Source of the DNA: an uncultured delta proteobacterium
Lineage (GTDB): Bacteria; Desulfobacterota; Desulfomonilia; UBA1062
Assembly: GCA_963798485.1 (NCBI GenBank)
Contig: CAWCTR010000005.1
Coordinates: 1-64,000, forward strand
DNA: 64,000 nt
Reading direction: 5' to 3'
Shown here: positions 1-8,432 of the stretch, in pieces
How positions within the stretch are numbered: position 1 is the first letter of the stretch
Layout: every line of letters starts with the position of its first letter
Program-made: the position numbers and the translations under genes
Notes under the pieces: generated by a model
The model's input: the letters and a program-made list of their open reading frames with translations, nothing else
Database searches by the model: none
Told to the model about the DNA's origin: nothing

Positions 1-735
1 CGCCCGGCATATGAACTGTTATTCCTGACCCGCACAAACCAAGTTTGTAAGCAACTGCCGCAGCAGCAGTGCTGCTGCTTCCAGATGTCAGAGTATAGCC
101 GGCACCTCGTTCCCATATCTCAATTTGATGTTTTCTCGGTCTATGACCTTCATAAACTGGACATTAGTCCGGTTGGGGAACCGAGGGTCATTCTCGATGA
201 TCGGGCCGTAGTGATGGGCATCATCCGATGACGGCTTGTCGGTGAGTACAACACAGTGAGGATTGCCGACGGTTGCCGCACAGAACTTTAAAACCTTTCC
301 GCTTATGCAAAGGTCTTCATTCAGAACCTCACGCGGTGGTCCTGCAACAGGGATACGCTGACTGTTGAAACTAACTTCTCCCATTTGGACAGTAACAATT
401 CCCCCTCCATTTTCAACCTTGCACGTAACAGCACCACCGAGAGTTTCAACTGAAAAAGGCTGTTCCCTCACAAGCCCTTCGTCATAAAGTGATCGTGCAA
501 AGATACGAAGGCCGTTCCCGCTCTTTTCCGCTTCACTTCCGTCTGGATTGAATATGCGGAGACCGAAATCGCATGATTTACTATCCACCGGACCGTAGAG
601 AATTCCATCGGATCCTATGCCGTAGTTGCGATGGCAGATGAGACGAACTATGTCTGGAGACAACACAGGCTGGAAAGATTTTGGGCGTAATACTATGTAG
701 TCATTGCCTAAAGCATGATATTTCAGATATCTCAT
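1..735 (-). pseudogene. dapF: Diaminopimelate epimerase-like cassette gene, frameshift near 125, runs off the window
   Basis: KYHALGNDY, IGSDG, FNPDGSEAEKSGNG, GNPHCV and RTNVQF motifs. A shifted frame continues EIWERGAGYTLTSGSSSTAAAAVAYKLGLC. The indel may be a sequencing error. Confidence 0.75.
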
Positions 736-741
736 CGTTCC

Positions 742-833
742 TTCCAACAACCAAACTGAGTGGCGGCGGCCAACAAGCATTCCGCGTAGCGCAACAGCCG
801 CCTCCCGCCGTCCACTCAAGCGGTTGGTTCGGC
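742..833 (-). other. attC site
   Basis: - strand GCCGAAC...GTTGGAA with paired arms (TGAGTGG/CCACTCA). Confidence 0.9.
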
Positions 834-835
834 GA

Positions 836-1639
836 TCATTTATTCCCAATGGCCTTGAAAAACGTATAGCAGAATACTCCATCCGGTTCTGTCGTACGGT
901 ATAAGTCCTTAATTCCTTTTTCAAAAACATATGGCTCAACGATTCCTGCCTTGATAGCCGATTCACGAACACCCGCAATCATAGCCGTGAAAGTCTTCTT
1001 CGTGAACCCTTCGACAAGTTCAGGTTTGCTGGAATCAACGTAGACCATTCGAGGAGATACACGGATTGAGCTATATTCGGCGCTGTGTAAAAGAGGGTAA
1101 AGCTCTCTCCCGACCATGGCGTTTCCACCAGCCCGCCGCTGCAGTTCAACCTGACACCAAATCGCTTGATGTGCTTCTGCGCTGTCGGGATGAAAATAGG
1201 CGGAGCCATGGTCTCCTTCGATGACTGTGATGGTGCCGCCTCGCCTCAAATGTGTTTTCAGTGTTCGCAGCGCCTCGACGGGTCGTGAGAGATGTTCCAG
1301 GACGAAGCAGATGAAAATGTGGTCGAAGGAATCGTGCCCATAGGGCAAATTGAAGATATCCGCCTGTTCAAATTGAACATTGGTCAAACCCGCGGCTGCT
1401 ATCTTTTGTTTGGCTTCAAAGACAGAGGCATGGGATATATCGACAGAGGTAATCAAGGCATTCGGGCTGTTCGTCGCAAGTGTGTAAGTTTGCGCCCCAA
1501 TGCCGCAACCGGCTTCCAGAACACGACTTCCTGCAGGATAGGACGTGTCGGAGTGCAACAACTCGACCAAGGTAGCCGCCTGATCTTGTAGTCGTATGTT
1601 TTCTCGATGGTCGTAGCCGTGAACGTATGCTTTATTCAT
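836..1639 (-). CDS. Class I SAM-dependent methyltransferase (cassette)
   Basis: VLEAGCGIG motif I; ATG at 1639 after GAGGG. Confidence 0.9.
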   Translation of the reverse strand: MNKAYVHGYDHRENIRLQDQAATLVELLHSDTSYPAGSRVLEAGCGIGAQTYTLATNSPNALITSVDISHASVFEAKQKIAAAGLTNVQFEQADIFNLPYGHDSFDHIFICFVLEHLSRPVEALRTLKTHLRRGGTITVIEGDHGSAYFHPDSAEAHQAIWCQVELQRRAGGNAMVGRELYPLLHSAEYSSIRVSPRMVYVDSSKPELVEGFTKKTFTAMIAGVRESAIKAGIVEPYVFEKGIKDLYRTTEPDGVFCYTFFKAIGNK

Positions 1640-2399
1640 GTTCCCTCTTTTCAGCGATCCGCTGCATGCACTGGTTGGATGCTTTTCTTCCTCCAAACAG
1701 AGCCAACTCAAAGACCTTGAAGAAACAATCCACGTCCTGAAACCCTATGTCACGAAGCCATTGACACTGTGTTTCAACGGGGGCAAGGATATTATCCTTT
1801 TTATCTTGATAGTAAGCTTCTTCAATCTCGCGTGTTGCCTTGCCAGGGCTGACATTGCTATGGAAACGCCGAAGGTGGTCAACAAAGAAACCGTCAAAAA
1901 GCTCGCTCCCCGAGGGGGTCGCCGAACTCACCTGATCGAGGTTTAAAAACACCCCACCTTCGCACAGAAGCCCATAAATCTCACCGTACAGCTCTTTCTT
2001 TCGATCATCGCTTTGATGGTGGATGGCAAAACCAGACACAATGGCATCAAAAGGGGTTTCGACCTCAAAGGCGTCAACCCAGTCTGGTGTTGCAAAATCT
2101 GCCTTGACGACTGTTGAGCGTGGATTGTCGCCGATCTTTTTTTTTGCTGCTTCCAGCATGGGGTCAGAAATATCTGCAAAGATCACATGGGCTTCTGCAT
2201 GCGCGTCAAGCAGCATACGACCGAGAATCCCATCTCCGCACCCAAGGTCCAAAATCCTGGATGGCAGAGGGCACCACATATTTACAATTTTGCTGAGCAC
2301 TTCCAACTGGAAGCTTGCTCCGGGGATAGCCCCTCGAACTCCCTCTAAGAAAGTCTGTACAAGCTCGTTGGTTTCCCATTTGCTGTGCTGTTCATTCAT
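1632..2399 (-). CDS. Class I SAM-dependent methyltransferase, CmoA-like (cassette)
   Basis: ILDLGCGDG, AIVSGFAIHH, WLRDIGFQDVDC. Confidence 0.9.
   Translation of the reverse strand: MNEQHSKWETNELVQTFLEGVRGAIPGASFQLEVLSKIVNMWCPLPSRILDLGCGDGILGRMLLDAHAEAHVIFADISDPMLEAAKKKIGDNPRSTVVKADFATPDWVDAFEVETPFDAIVSGFAIHHQSDDRKKELYGEIYGLLCEGGVFLNLDQVSSATPSGSELFDGFFVDHLRRFHSNVSPGKATREIEEAYYQDKKDNILAPVETQCQWLRDIGFQDVDCFFKVFELALFGGRKASNQCMQRIAEKREHE
1647..1680 (-). other. Truncated attC (R''/L'' half only)
   Basis: - strand ATCCAAC CAGTGCATGCAGCGGATCGCTGAAAAG matches the first half of the attC sites at 5857-5919 and 7456-7516; the second arm is absent. Confidence 0.8.
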
Positions 2400-2410
2400 T
2401 TCTATTCCTC

Positions 2411-2503
2411 ATCCAACGACATCAGCGGCCCTTGGGGCAGGGAAGTGATGAATTTAGCATGGTCGAGCGGGCCCAAGGGTCCGCCTGGATGCGCTGGTTA
2501 TGC
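2411..2503 (-). other. attC site
   Basis: - strand GCATAAC...GTTGGAT; CCCTTGG/CCAAGGG stem. Confidence 0.9.
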
Positions 2504-2776
2504 GGTTCTTAACTGCTTCAGCAGCTTGTCATAGTCTCCATGAGAGCCTATCCAGAACCATATTATCTGTTTACTGTGCTCTATTCCCACGGCCCGATAA
2601 TCTTTGGTGATGCGAAGAGAGAAGATCGGCCGGGTCGAGTGTATTCGTTTGAAGTGGAGGCCGGGGTGGTAGGGGTTATTTTTGAAGTTCCTATATGCGT
2701 TTTTGGCTTCTTTTCTTACTTGCTCTGGCAATTTATCGTAACATTTCCAGAAGTCGTCAGTGGTTCGGGAGATCAT
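2498..2776 (-). CDS. RelE/ParE-superfamily toxin (TA cassette 1)
   Basis: 92 aa, FWKCYDKLP...NPYHPGLHFK...WFWIGSHGDYD; 4-nt overlap with the antitoxin. Confidence 0.85.
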   Translation of the reverse strand: MISRTTDDFWKCYDKLPEQVRKEAKNAYRNFKNNPYHPGLHFKRIHSTRPIFSLRITKDYRAVGIEHSKQIIWFWIGSHGDYDKLLKQLRTA

Positions 2777-2991
2777 AACGCCTTGATGTTCAACAGTTTT
2801 GTTTTTCCCTGCTTATGTGCGGCAAGCGCCTCGTCGGCAAGCTTGTCCAAGATATCTTCGGACCCCGCAAATGCCTTCTCCCATTTGCCTTCCGCTTCTA
2901 ACTCTTCCATCACCCATTTAGCGAGCGCATTCTGCTCAACCTCGGGGAGTTTGGATGCTTCTTTAAATGCCCTCTCCAATAGTCTCGTCAT
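2773..2991 (-). CDS. Antitoxin (TA cassette 1)
   Basis: 72 aa helical protein directly upstream of, and overlapping, the toxin. Confidence 0.75.
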   Translation of the reverse strand: MTRLLERAFKEASKLPEVEQNALAKWVMEELEAEGKWEKAFAGSEDILDKLADEALAAHKQGKTKLLNIKAL

Positions 2992-3082
2992 GTTTCACCT
3001 CTCCGACTGCATCGATAATCATATTTTACCATACAAGCATAAAAGGACAATATGTGATTTGCGGATAGTCAATCCTATTTTC

Positions 3083-3138
3083 GCATAACGGGGAACATCA
3101 CCGGCGCGCGTCAGCGCGTCCGTGTGGAAGTGTTCGCC
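3083..3138 (-). other. attC site (short)
   Basis: - strand GGCGAAC...GTTATGC; GCGCG/CGCGC stem. Confidence 0.85.
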
Positions 3139-3142
3139 TAGA

Positions 3143-3433
3143 CTACTTGTCTGGCTCATGAGGTAATTGTGCCCCATGCCAAACAGCAACAATCCACACA
3201 ACATCATCTTTAATTTTATAGAAGAAACGATATGGCTGTACGATTACTTCACGAAATGGAAGATCTGGAAACTCGGGAAGGAATCTACCTGATTCAGGGA
3301 ATTTTCTTAAACGTGATAAGCTTTTCTCCGACTTCTGCCGAAAATCCACTGCCGCTGAAGGATTGTCTCGGCGAATGAACTCTAACGCTTCAAAAAATTG
3401 CAAACGAGCTGCAGGTGTAAAGAGAATCCTCAA
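3143..3433 (-). CDS. RelE/ParE-family toxin (TA cassette 2)
   Basis: FTPAA...I.RDNPSAA...FPESGR...YRFFY...IVAVWHGAQ. Confidence 0.9.
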   Translation of the reverse strand: MRILFTPAARLQFFEALEFIRRDNPSAAVDFRQKSEKSLSRLRKFPESGRFLPEFPDLPFREVIVQPYRFFYKIKDDVVWIVAVWHGAQLPHEPDK

Positions 3434-3711
3434 GACTTTACACTCCTAAGAATTTTGTCAGCTTCCTTCAGGACTTCATCAAGCTCATAGCCGATTCCTG
3501 TCTCAATCTCTTTTTCTCCACGTGCTAATAAACGTAATATTTCATTTTCATGTTGAGCGTGCTCGTAATTCTCCATGCTTACCATTACAGCAGCTGCTCT
3601 CCCGCGCTGTGTTATGAAGACAGGTTCATGGGATGATGCTACACGCTTAATAATGTCACTTGCATTCTGTCTGAGATCAGATATTGGGATAATCTTTGGT
3701 GCTTTAGGCAT
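3430..3711 (-). CDS. Phd/YefM-family antitoxin (TA cassette 2)
   Basis: IIPISDLR...EPVFITQRGRAAAVMVS. Confidence 0.9.
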   Translation of the reverse strand: MPKAPKIIPISDLRQNASDIIKRVASSHEPVFITQRGRAAAVMVSMENYEHAQHENEILRLLARGEKEIETGIGYELDEVLKEADKILRSVKS

Positions 3712-3725
3712 TGGTAGTACCTCCT

Positions 3726-3766
3726 ATTGTACAATTAATAATACTACCAATATGACATCCTGACAA
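3726..3766 (-). promoter_or_regulatory. TA2 promoter with palindromic operator
   Basis: TTGTCA-N17-TATTAT followed by ATTGTACAAT (TGTACA is the YefM operator core) and an AGGAGG RBS. Confidence 0.65.
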
Positions 3767-3780
3767 GATGCAATGTCAAA

Positions 3781-3832
3781 GGCGAACGTGCGCATCACCG
3801 GCGGCGTAAGCCGGTGAATGCGTTTGTTCGGC
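3781..3832 (-). other. attC site (52 bp, apparently shortened)
   Basis: - strand GCCGAAC...GTTCGCC; CACCGG/CCGGTG stem; lacks the CCGT present in the similar site at 4966-5022. Confidence 0.8.
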
Positions 3833-4125
3833 TTATTCTTCTCCATTTTCAGACGGACTGAGGATATTCATTGAGCCATGTATGACGGCAAGCACATTAA
3901 TTTGATCAGGTTTGATGTAATAGATAATACGATAAGAGCCTTCAATTATTTCACGAATCTGATCAATATCATATTCGGGAACTCGGCGGCCCGATGATGG
4001 GAACTCAGCTATCTGCGAGTGAGGCGATCAACCACTCTCTTGGCAAACTCAGGAGAATCTTGAGCAATATAATCGTAGATAGCGTCTAGATGTCCTTCTG
4101 CTGTATCTGTCCAGTAGACCTTCAT
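3833..4125 (-). pseudogene. RelE/ParE toxin of TA cassette 3, frameshifted
   Basis: MKVYWTDTAEGHLDAIYDYIAQDSPEFAKRVVDRLTRR* then in another frame IAEFPSSGRRVPEY...YRIIYYI...VLAVIHGS; absent from the ORF track. Confidence 0.85.
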
Positions 4126-4310
4126 TCCGGCAAGCCGTACTTTGCCCTAATCTCATTTACATTTTTAATGCGGCCTGCCTTGCTATCAGCCAACCCTCGT
4201 TCAATTGCTTCACGGACATAGATCTCGTGTATAAGATCATCCCATGTGGCATTTTTGGGCATCTGATCAATCAACCTATGAGCCTCATCTTTTTTCATTA
4301 CCATCGACAT
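4122..4310 (-). CDS. Antitoxin (TA cassette 3)
   Basis: LIDQMPKNATWDDLIHEIYVREAIERGLADSKAGR; overlaps the toxin start. Confidence 0.8.
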   Translation of the reverse strand: MSMVMKKDEAHRLIDQMPKNATWDDLIHEIYVREAIERGLADSKAGRIKNVNEIRAKYGLPE

Positions 4311-4381
4311 AATTTTCTCCTGTGATCTTGTTTTAAGAATAGCATGAGCTACAGCTGAAATCAATTCATCGGAAGCACAGA

Positions 4382-4440
4382 GCCGAACGGCGGGCATCAG
4401 CCGCGCGCGTAGCGCGTCGGCCTGGATGCCCTTGTTCGGT
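4382..4440 (-). other. attC site
   Basis: - strand ACCGAAC...GTTCGGC; GGGCATC/GATGCCC arms. Confidence 0.9.
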
Positions 4441-4442
4441 GT

Positions 4443-4730
4443 TTACTCCGGCTTCCAATCACGGGCGCCGTGAATAACTCCTGTGACCCAGACTTCTTTC
4501 TCTTCTACGCGATACATAATACGGTAGGAACCATATATAACTTCACGGCAATCAGGATTATTGATTTCGGGAATTATCCGTCCGGAGAAGGGGAATTCTT
4601 GTAACCGGTCTGTTGCATCAAATAGTCTACTGACAAAAAGAGAAGCCATTTCAGCTGAATCTTTTGCTATATACTCCGCAATAGATTCGACATCATCAAG
4701 GGCAGAAGGTGCCCAAATCACTTTAGCCAT
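4443..4730 (-). CDS. RelE/ParE-family toxin (TA cassette 4)
   Basis: VIWAPSALDD..I.EYIAKDS...FPFSGRIIPE...YRIMYR...VIHGAR. Confidence 0.9.
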   Translation of the reverse strand: MAKVIWAPSALDDVESIAEYIAKDSAEMASLFVSRLFDATDRLQEFPFSGRIIPEINNPDCREVIYGSYRIMYRVEEKEVWVTGVIHGARDWKPE

Positions 4731-4900
4731 TTTTCTAATTTTTTCTTTGCACCTGTTTGTGATATTCCCTTGCCCTCTCTAATCTCTTTTTCTCCGTGTG
4801 AAAATTTTATATTCACATAAAGGGCATGAATGATATCATCCATAGAGACATCATTTGGCAAAGAATCTATTACTTGTTTTGCTGTTTCTTTATTGAGCAT
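4718..4900 (-). CDS. Antitoxin (TA cassette 4)
   Basis: VIDSLPNDVSMDDIIHALYV...GEKEIREGK; same family as 4122-4310. Confidence 0.8.
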   Translation of the reverse strand: MLNKETAKQVIDSLPNDVSMDDIIHALYVNIKFSHGEKEIREGKGISQTGAKKKLEKWLK

Positions 4901-4965
4901 AAGTTTTCTCCCAACACAGATATACTACAATAATATAAGCCTCCCAAGCAATGATTTCTAGAGAC

Positions 4966-5022
4966 ACCGAACGTAAGGATCACCGGCGGCTGTAAGCCGT
5001 CCGGTGCATCCTTACGTTAGGC
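4966..5022 (-). other. attC site
   Basis: - strand GCCTAAC...GTTCGGT; near-perfect hairpin AACGTAAGGAT/ATCCTTACGTT. Confidence 0.92.
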
Positions 5023-5068
5023 ATGGTTGTATTTTCCCCACTTTCTGAATCGCCCGGTAATCCCCTCA

Positions 5069-5815
5069 TCACCGCGTCATCAGCGCGAACACGCCCCAGC
5101 CCAGGTATTCACGCGTGTAAGCGGCGTAGCGCTCGGGCTCCGAGGTCAGTTTGGCTCGAACATCTTTCGCGAACTCGTCGTCGGGATTGGCTTCAAGCCA
5201 TCGGCGCATGGTGAACCACTTGGCCGCCTCGTATCTGTCCCAGCTGTCTTGGTCTGCCAAAACCATTTCCACGACGTCGTAGCCGAGGTGGCCGAAAGAC
5301 GCGAGAAGTTCTGGAAGCAGGAGAAAGTCGGAGATTGAGTTGGCAAGACACCCCCTGGCAACCTCTTCCGTCGGCGGTAACTGCCGCCAGTAGGGTTCGC
5401 CGATGAGGATGATCCCTCCGGGGCGGAGGCTCTGCGCCAGAAGCTCGATGGTGCCGACGACTCCCCCAGCGATCCACGTGGCACCGAGACAGGCTGCCAC
5501 ACCGGCCTTCTCGTCAGAGACGAAGCCGGTAGCATCGCCATGGATGAACTTGACTTGATCGGCGACACCGAGATTTTCAGCGCGGAGTTTCGCTTGCTCG
5601 GTGAACAACTGGCTCATGTCGATGCCGGTGCCGATGACTCCGTAATCGCGTGCCCAGGTGCACAACATCTCCCCCGAACCGCTGCCGAGGTCGAGCACTC
5701 GGGTTCCCGTTTCCAGACGCAGCGCCGCGCCGAGAGTGGCGAGCTTTTCGGGTGTGAATGGGTCATGGATGCGGTGAGCACTTTCAGTGATGTTGAATAT
5801 CCGTGGAATGTCCAT
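5069..5815 (-). CDS. yjhP: YjhP-like SAM methyltransferase (cassette)
   Basis: MDIPRIF...VLDLGSGSGEMLCTWARD...GEPYWR...WDRYEAAKW.TMRRWLEANPDD closely matches E. coli YjhP as recalled. Confidence 0.85.
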   Translation of the reverse strand: MDIPRIFNITESAHRIHDPFTPEKLATLGAALRLETGTRVLDLGSGSGEMLCTWARDYGVIGTGIDMSQLFTEQAKLRAENLGVADQVKFIHGDATGFVSDEKAGVAACLGATWIAGGVVGTIELLAQSLRPGGIILIGEPYWRQLPPTEEVARGCLANSISDFLLLPELLASFGHLGYDVVEMVLADQDSWDRYEAAKWFTMRRWLEANPDDEFAKDVRAKLTSEPERYAAYTREYLGWGVFALMTR

Positions 5816-5856
5816 TGTGGAAAATCTCCTTTCGGGTGTGAATAGATTCGGTCACT

Positions 5857-5919
5857 GCCTAACATAGGCATCAGCGGGAGCCGGCTTTTTCGGCGATCCG
5901 CTGCATGCCATGGTTAGAC
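5857..5919 (-). other. attC site
   Basis: - strand GTCTAAC...GTTAGGC; CAGCGG/CCGCTG arms. Confidence 0.92.
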
Positions 5920-5927
5920 ACCATACC

Positions 5928-6743
5928 TCACGGCTTGTCTTCCTCCGCGCCGTATTTCCTGCTCACCAGCGCAGCACCACGTTCCTTGAAAGCGTCGAAG
6001 TCCGTTTTGATTGCCAGGATAGCTTCGCGGATCGGCATGGCAAGACAGCCTTCGAGTATGAAGAGCATTTCAAGAAGCTTATCGGCCGCCAGAAACAGAA
6101 TGAGGTTACGTTCAGTCACGTCCGCGCTGTAGCTGACGTGGATGCCGCCAGGCACGTTCTTCGCCACGTCGCGAAGCCAGTCGCCAGAACCGTGAACGTA
6201 GCGGGACCCAAGGCTGTAGACCAAGTCATAGTAAACCTCAGGGACCCCTGCCTCGAGCGCTCGTTGGCGGACACTGCGAAACCGCGGATGCCAGGCGCTA
6301 TGGGAGAGCGCGCCCTTCGCCTGTTCCCATCCTGTGTCCCCAAAATGGTTCAGAAACAGGAGCGGAGCCATGAAGCTAGGCGCGTGGGTCTTGGCTCGCT
6401 TCTGCCAGAGAGCTTCGACCTTCAAGCCGTGCTCAACGTAGTAGTGTGCGTCCTCAGGGTAGCGAGCAACAAAGGCCATCTCAAAGAACATCTCAACGAA
6501 CGTCCGCAGTAGCACCAGCCCGTCCTGCGTGTAGCCTTCCCGCACCAGAAGCCCAAGCGCCTGAAACGTCCGGAATGCTCGGCCGAAGTGAAACATGATG
6601 ACCTTGGCGGCCTCCGCGAGGTCGGGAGGGACAAGAACGGGGCTGCCGGCCATAGGTGGTTCTACGACCACCTTGCACATGCGTAGGGCCAAGGCAACGA
6701 GTTCCGTGTACTCGCGGTCTTTGTCGGCGCTATCGGTCGTCAT
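5928..6743 (-). CDS. Hypothetical cassette protein, DUF5677-like
   Basis: LLRTFVE...F and Y..VYSLGSRYVHGS patterns; fills the cassette. Confidence 0.6.
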   Translation of the reverse strand: MTTDSADKDREYTELVALALRMCKVVVEPPMAGSPVLVPPDLAEAAKVIMFHFGRAFRTFQALGLLVREGYTQDGLVLLRTFVEMFFEMAFVARYPEDAHYYVEHGLKVEALWQKRAKTHAPSFMAPLLFLNHFGDTGWEQAKGALSHSAWHPRFRSVRQRALEAGVPEVYYDLVYSLGSRYVHGSGDWLRDVAKNVPGGIHVSYSADVTERNLILFLAADKLLEMLFILEGCLAMPIREAILAIKTDFDAFKERGAALVSRKYGAEEDKP

Positions 6744-6774
6744 GTTCAATTTCCGAAGAAGGTCCCATGATGAT

Positions 6775-6906
6775 GTCTAACGCCATGATCACCCGCCGCA
6801 ACCACAGCGGGGCAATTGCTGAAATTTACCACCAACCGTGAGGCGGAGCAAGGGCAGTCATGTACCAATGCGCTGGTTGCGGTCGGCGTGAATTTTGTGG
6901 TTGGGG
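6775..6906 (-). other. attC site (long)
   Basis: - strand CCCCAAC...GTTAGAC; CCGCAACCA/TGGTTGCGG stem. Confidence 0.88.
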
Positions 6907-6912
6907 CACACA

Positions 6913-7434
6913 TTATTCAGGCACCTTCCCGAACCATAGAAATAAAAGACGCCTCCAGTGAAACCGAAAGTACCCGATTGGCTTAAAATCTGAGCTTTGA
7001 ACACGATAGCGTACACAGCGCCCACGACTTAGTGGGAAGTTAAAAGTCATGAATTTCAGGAACAACATGATTCTGTTCTCTGTGTCATTATGCCAACCAT
7101 GAAATTGCTTTGACACATGAGATGGCAACTGACGGTCAACACAATCAAACGTGAAAGTATAGATCTGTTTTTTATGTTCAGGAGAATAACCTATTAGTGT
7201 AAATTTTGGTTCAAAGGACGTAAGTGTAGAACTTATATTTTCTACTTCAATTGCAATCCCACGGAGACTGGTGTCCCCCAGCGGCATGCCAAGCTTTCTA
7301 ATCTTGATACGAATTCGATTTCTGAACTTATCTATCCAAAACCAAATCCCACCTGGGGCTGCAATAGTTGCCAATACTTTGATGGCAACATCATTGTTTT
7401 TTAGCCAAAGCGATATCTCATTTAAGACAGACAT
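6913..7434 (-). CDS. Hypothetical AT-rich cassette protein, possible N-terminal membrane anchor
   Basis: Single ORF filling the cassette; ATG 7434; no recognised motif. Confidence 0.7.
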   Translation of the reverse strand: MSVLNEISLWLKNNDVAIKVLATIAAPGGIWFWIDKFRNRIRIKIRKLGMPLGDTSLRGIAIEVENISSTLTSFEPKFTLIGYSPEHKKQIYTFTFDCVDRQLPSHVSKQFHGWHNDTENRIMLFLKFMTFNFPLSRGRCVRYRVQSSDFKPIGYFRFHWRRLLFLWFGKVPE

Positions 7435-7455
7435 ATAATGTGCTCCGTCATTGCG

Positions 7456-7516
7456 CCCCAATGCCAGGCATCAGCGGGCGCGCTTTTCAGCGATCCGCTG
7501 AATGCCGTTGTTGGGC
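7456..7516 (-). other. attC site with mutated core (ATT instead of GTT)
   Basis: - strand GCCCAAC...ATTGGGG; CAGCGG/CCGCTG arms. Confidence 0.8.
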
Positions 7517-7553
7517 ACGTTATTCCAAATGACGAGCCATTGATCACCGGTCA

Positions 7554-8234
7554 TCAGATGGTAAAGCGGGGGTACCTGCGCCACTTATCAGGTACCTTCT
7601 CCTTTTCTGGTACAATATGGGCAAAGCATGCGGGTGAGCCTTCGGGAATGAGGTCCTCGATAAGCATCCTCACGCCCATCATGCGTACGCACTGCCGATC
7701 CCACTTGTTGGTGGCCATGCATATTTTTATGTCGTCGCCGTTTATATAGCCGATGGGGCACTCAAGGAACCTGAACTTTACACAGTCGTCCTCAACGTCG
7801 TCAACCTCGATCCTGAAATCGAAAATGTCGGTCGCGGTGAAGTACCGGGCAGCCGCTGTGCGTACGTTAGTTTTTTCATTATCAAGGCCGAAGATCTTCT
7901 GCCTGCCGAGCATGTTCACGGTCATGCGCATTGCCATGCGCAGCAAAAACCGGTTGACGGGTCCGAGGAACTTGAGCCTGCGCGCGATGTTGCCGATGCG
8001 CTTGAAATTGCCGGTCAGCCTGTGGTACTCCTCTTCATCGTTCGCTGCCTTCTCCCCCAGGTTGAACAGCTTGCCGAAGGCCCTGATCATGACAGAATCC
8101 GCCATGCGCACAGCCAAGGGCCCGTTAAGCACAGGTTTTCCCCGGATATACAGCGTCTTTGTGAGAATGTCGTACTTCTCCAGGACCGAGAGCTTCCCGA
8201 GGCCCAGTTTGTCTTCCCTGTCTCTAACCGCCAT
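7554..8234 (-). CDS. Hypothetical protein with ATC-hydrolase/4VR-like C-terminal Cys motif (cassette)
   Basis: FLECPIGY...IC.A..KWD...LIPEGSPACF; GGAGG RBS. Confidence 0.6.
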   Translation of the reverse strand: MAVRDREDKLGLGKLSVLEKYDILTKTLYIRGKPVLNGPLAVRMADSVMIRAFGKLFNLGEKAANDEEEYHRLTGNFKRIGNIARRLKFLGPVNRFLLRMAMRMTVNMLGRQKIFGLDNEKTNVRTAAARYFTATDIFDFRIEVDDVEDDCVKFRFLECPIGYINGDDIKICMATNKWDRQCVRMMGVRMLIEDLIPEGSPACFAHIVPEKEKVPDKWRRYPRFTI

Positions 8235-8300
8235 AAATCGTACCTCCTATATACAGGTATTTGTGCCTTGCATCGTCTGTGCTACCCGGCTCCTGTTTGC

Positions 8301-8432
8301 GCCCAACGTGCGGATCAACGGCCGCAAACACAGCGGAGCACCAAGCCAGAATTTGCCAATGGCCGTGAAGCGGCGCAGAGACAGAGGCAACCCCCCACGC
8401 GGTTTGCGGTCCGCTGGATTTGCTGGTTGGCA
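8301..8432 (-). other. attC site (long)
   Basis: - strand TGCCAAC...GTTGGGC; CCGCAAAC/GTTTGCGG stem. Confidence 0.9.

Noticed and set aside
736-978. N-terminal extension of ORF 88..978
   Set aside because: It runs through an attC and the previous gene; DapF similarity starts at ATG 735.
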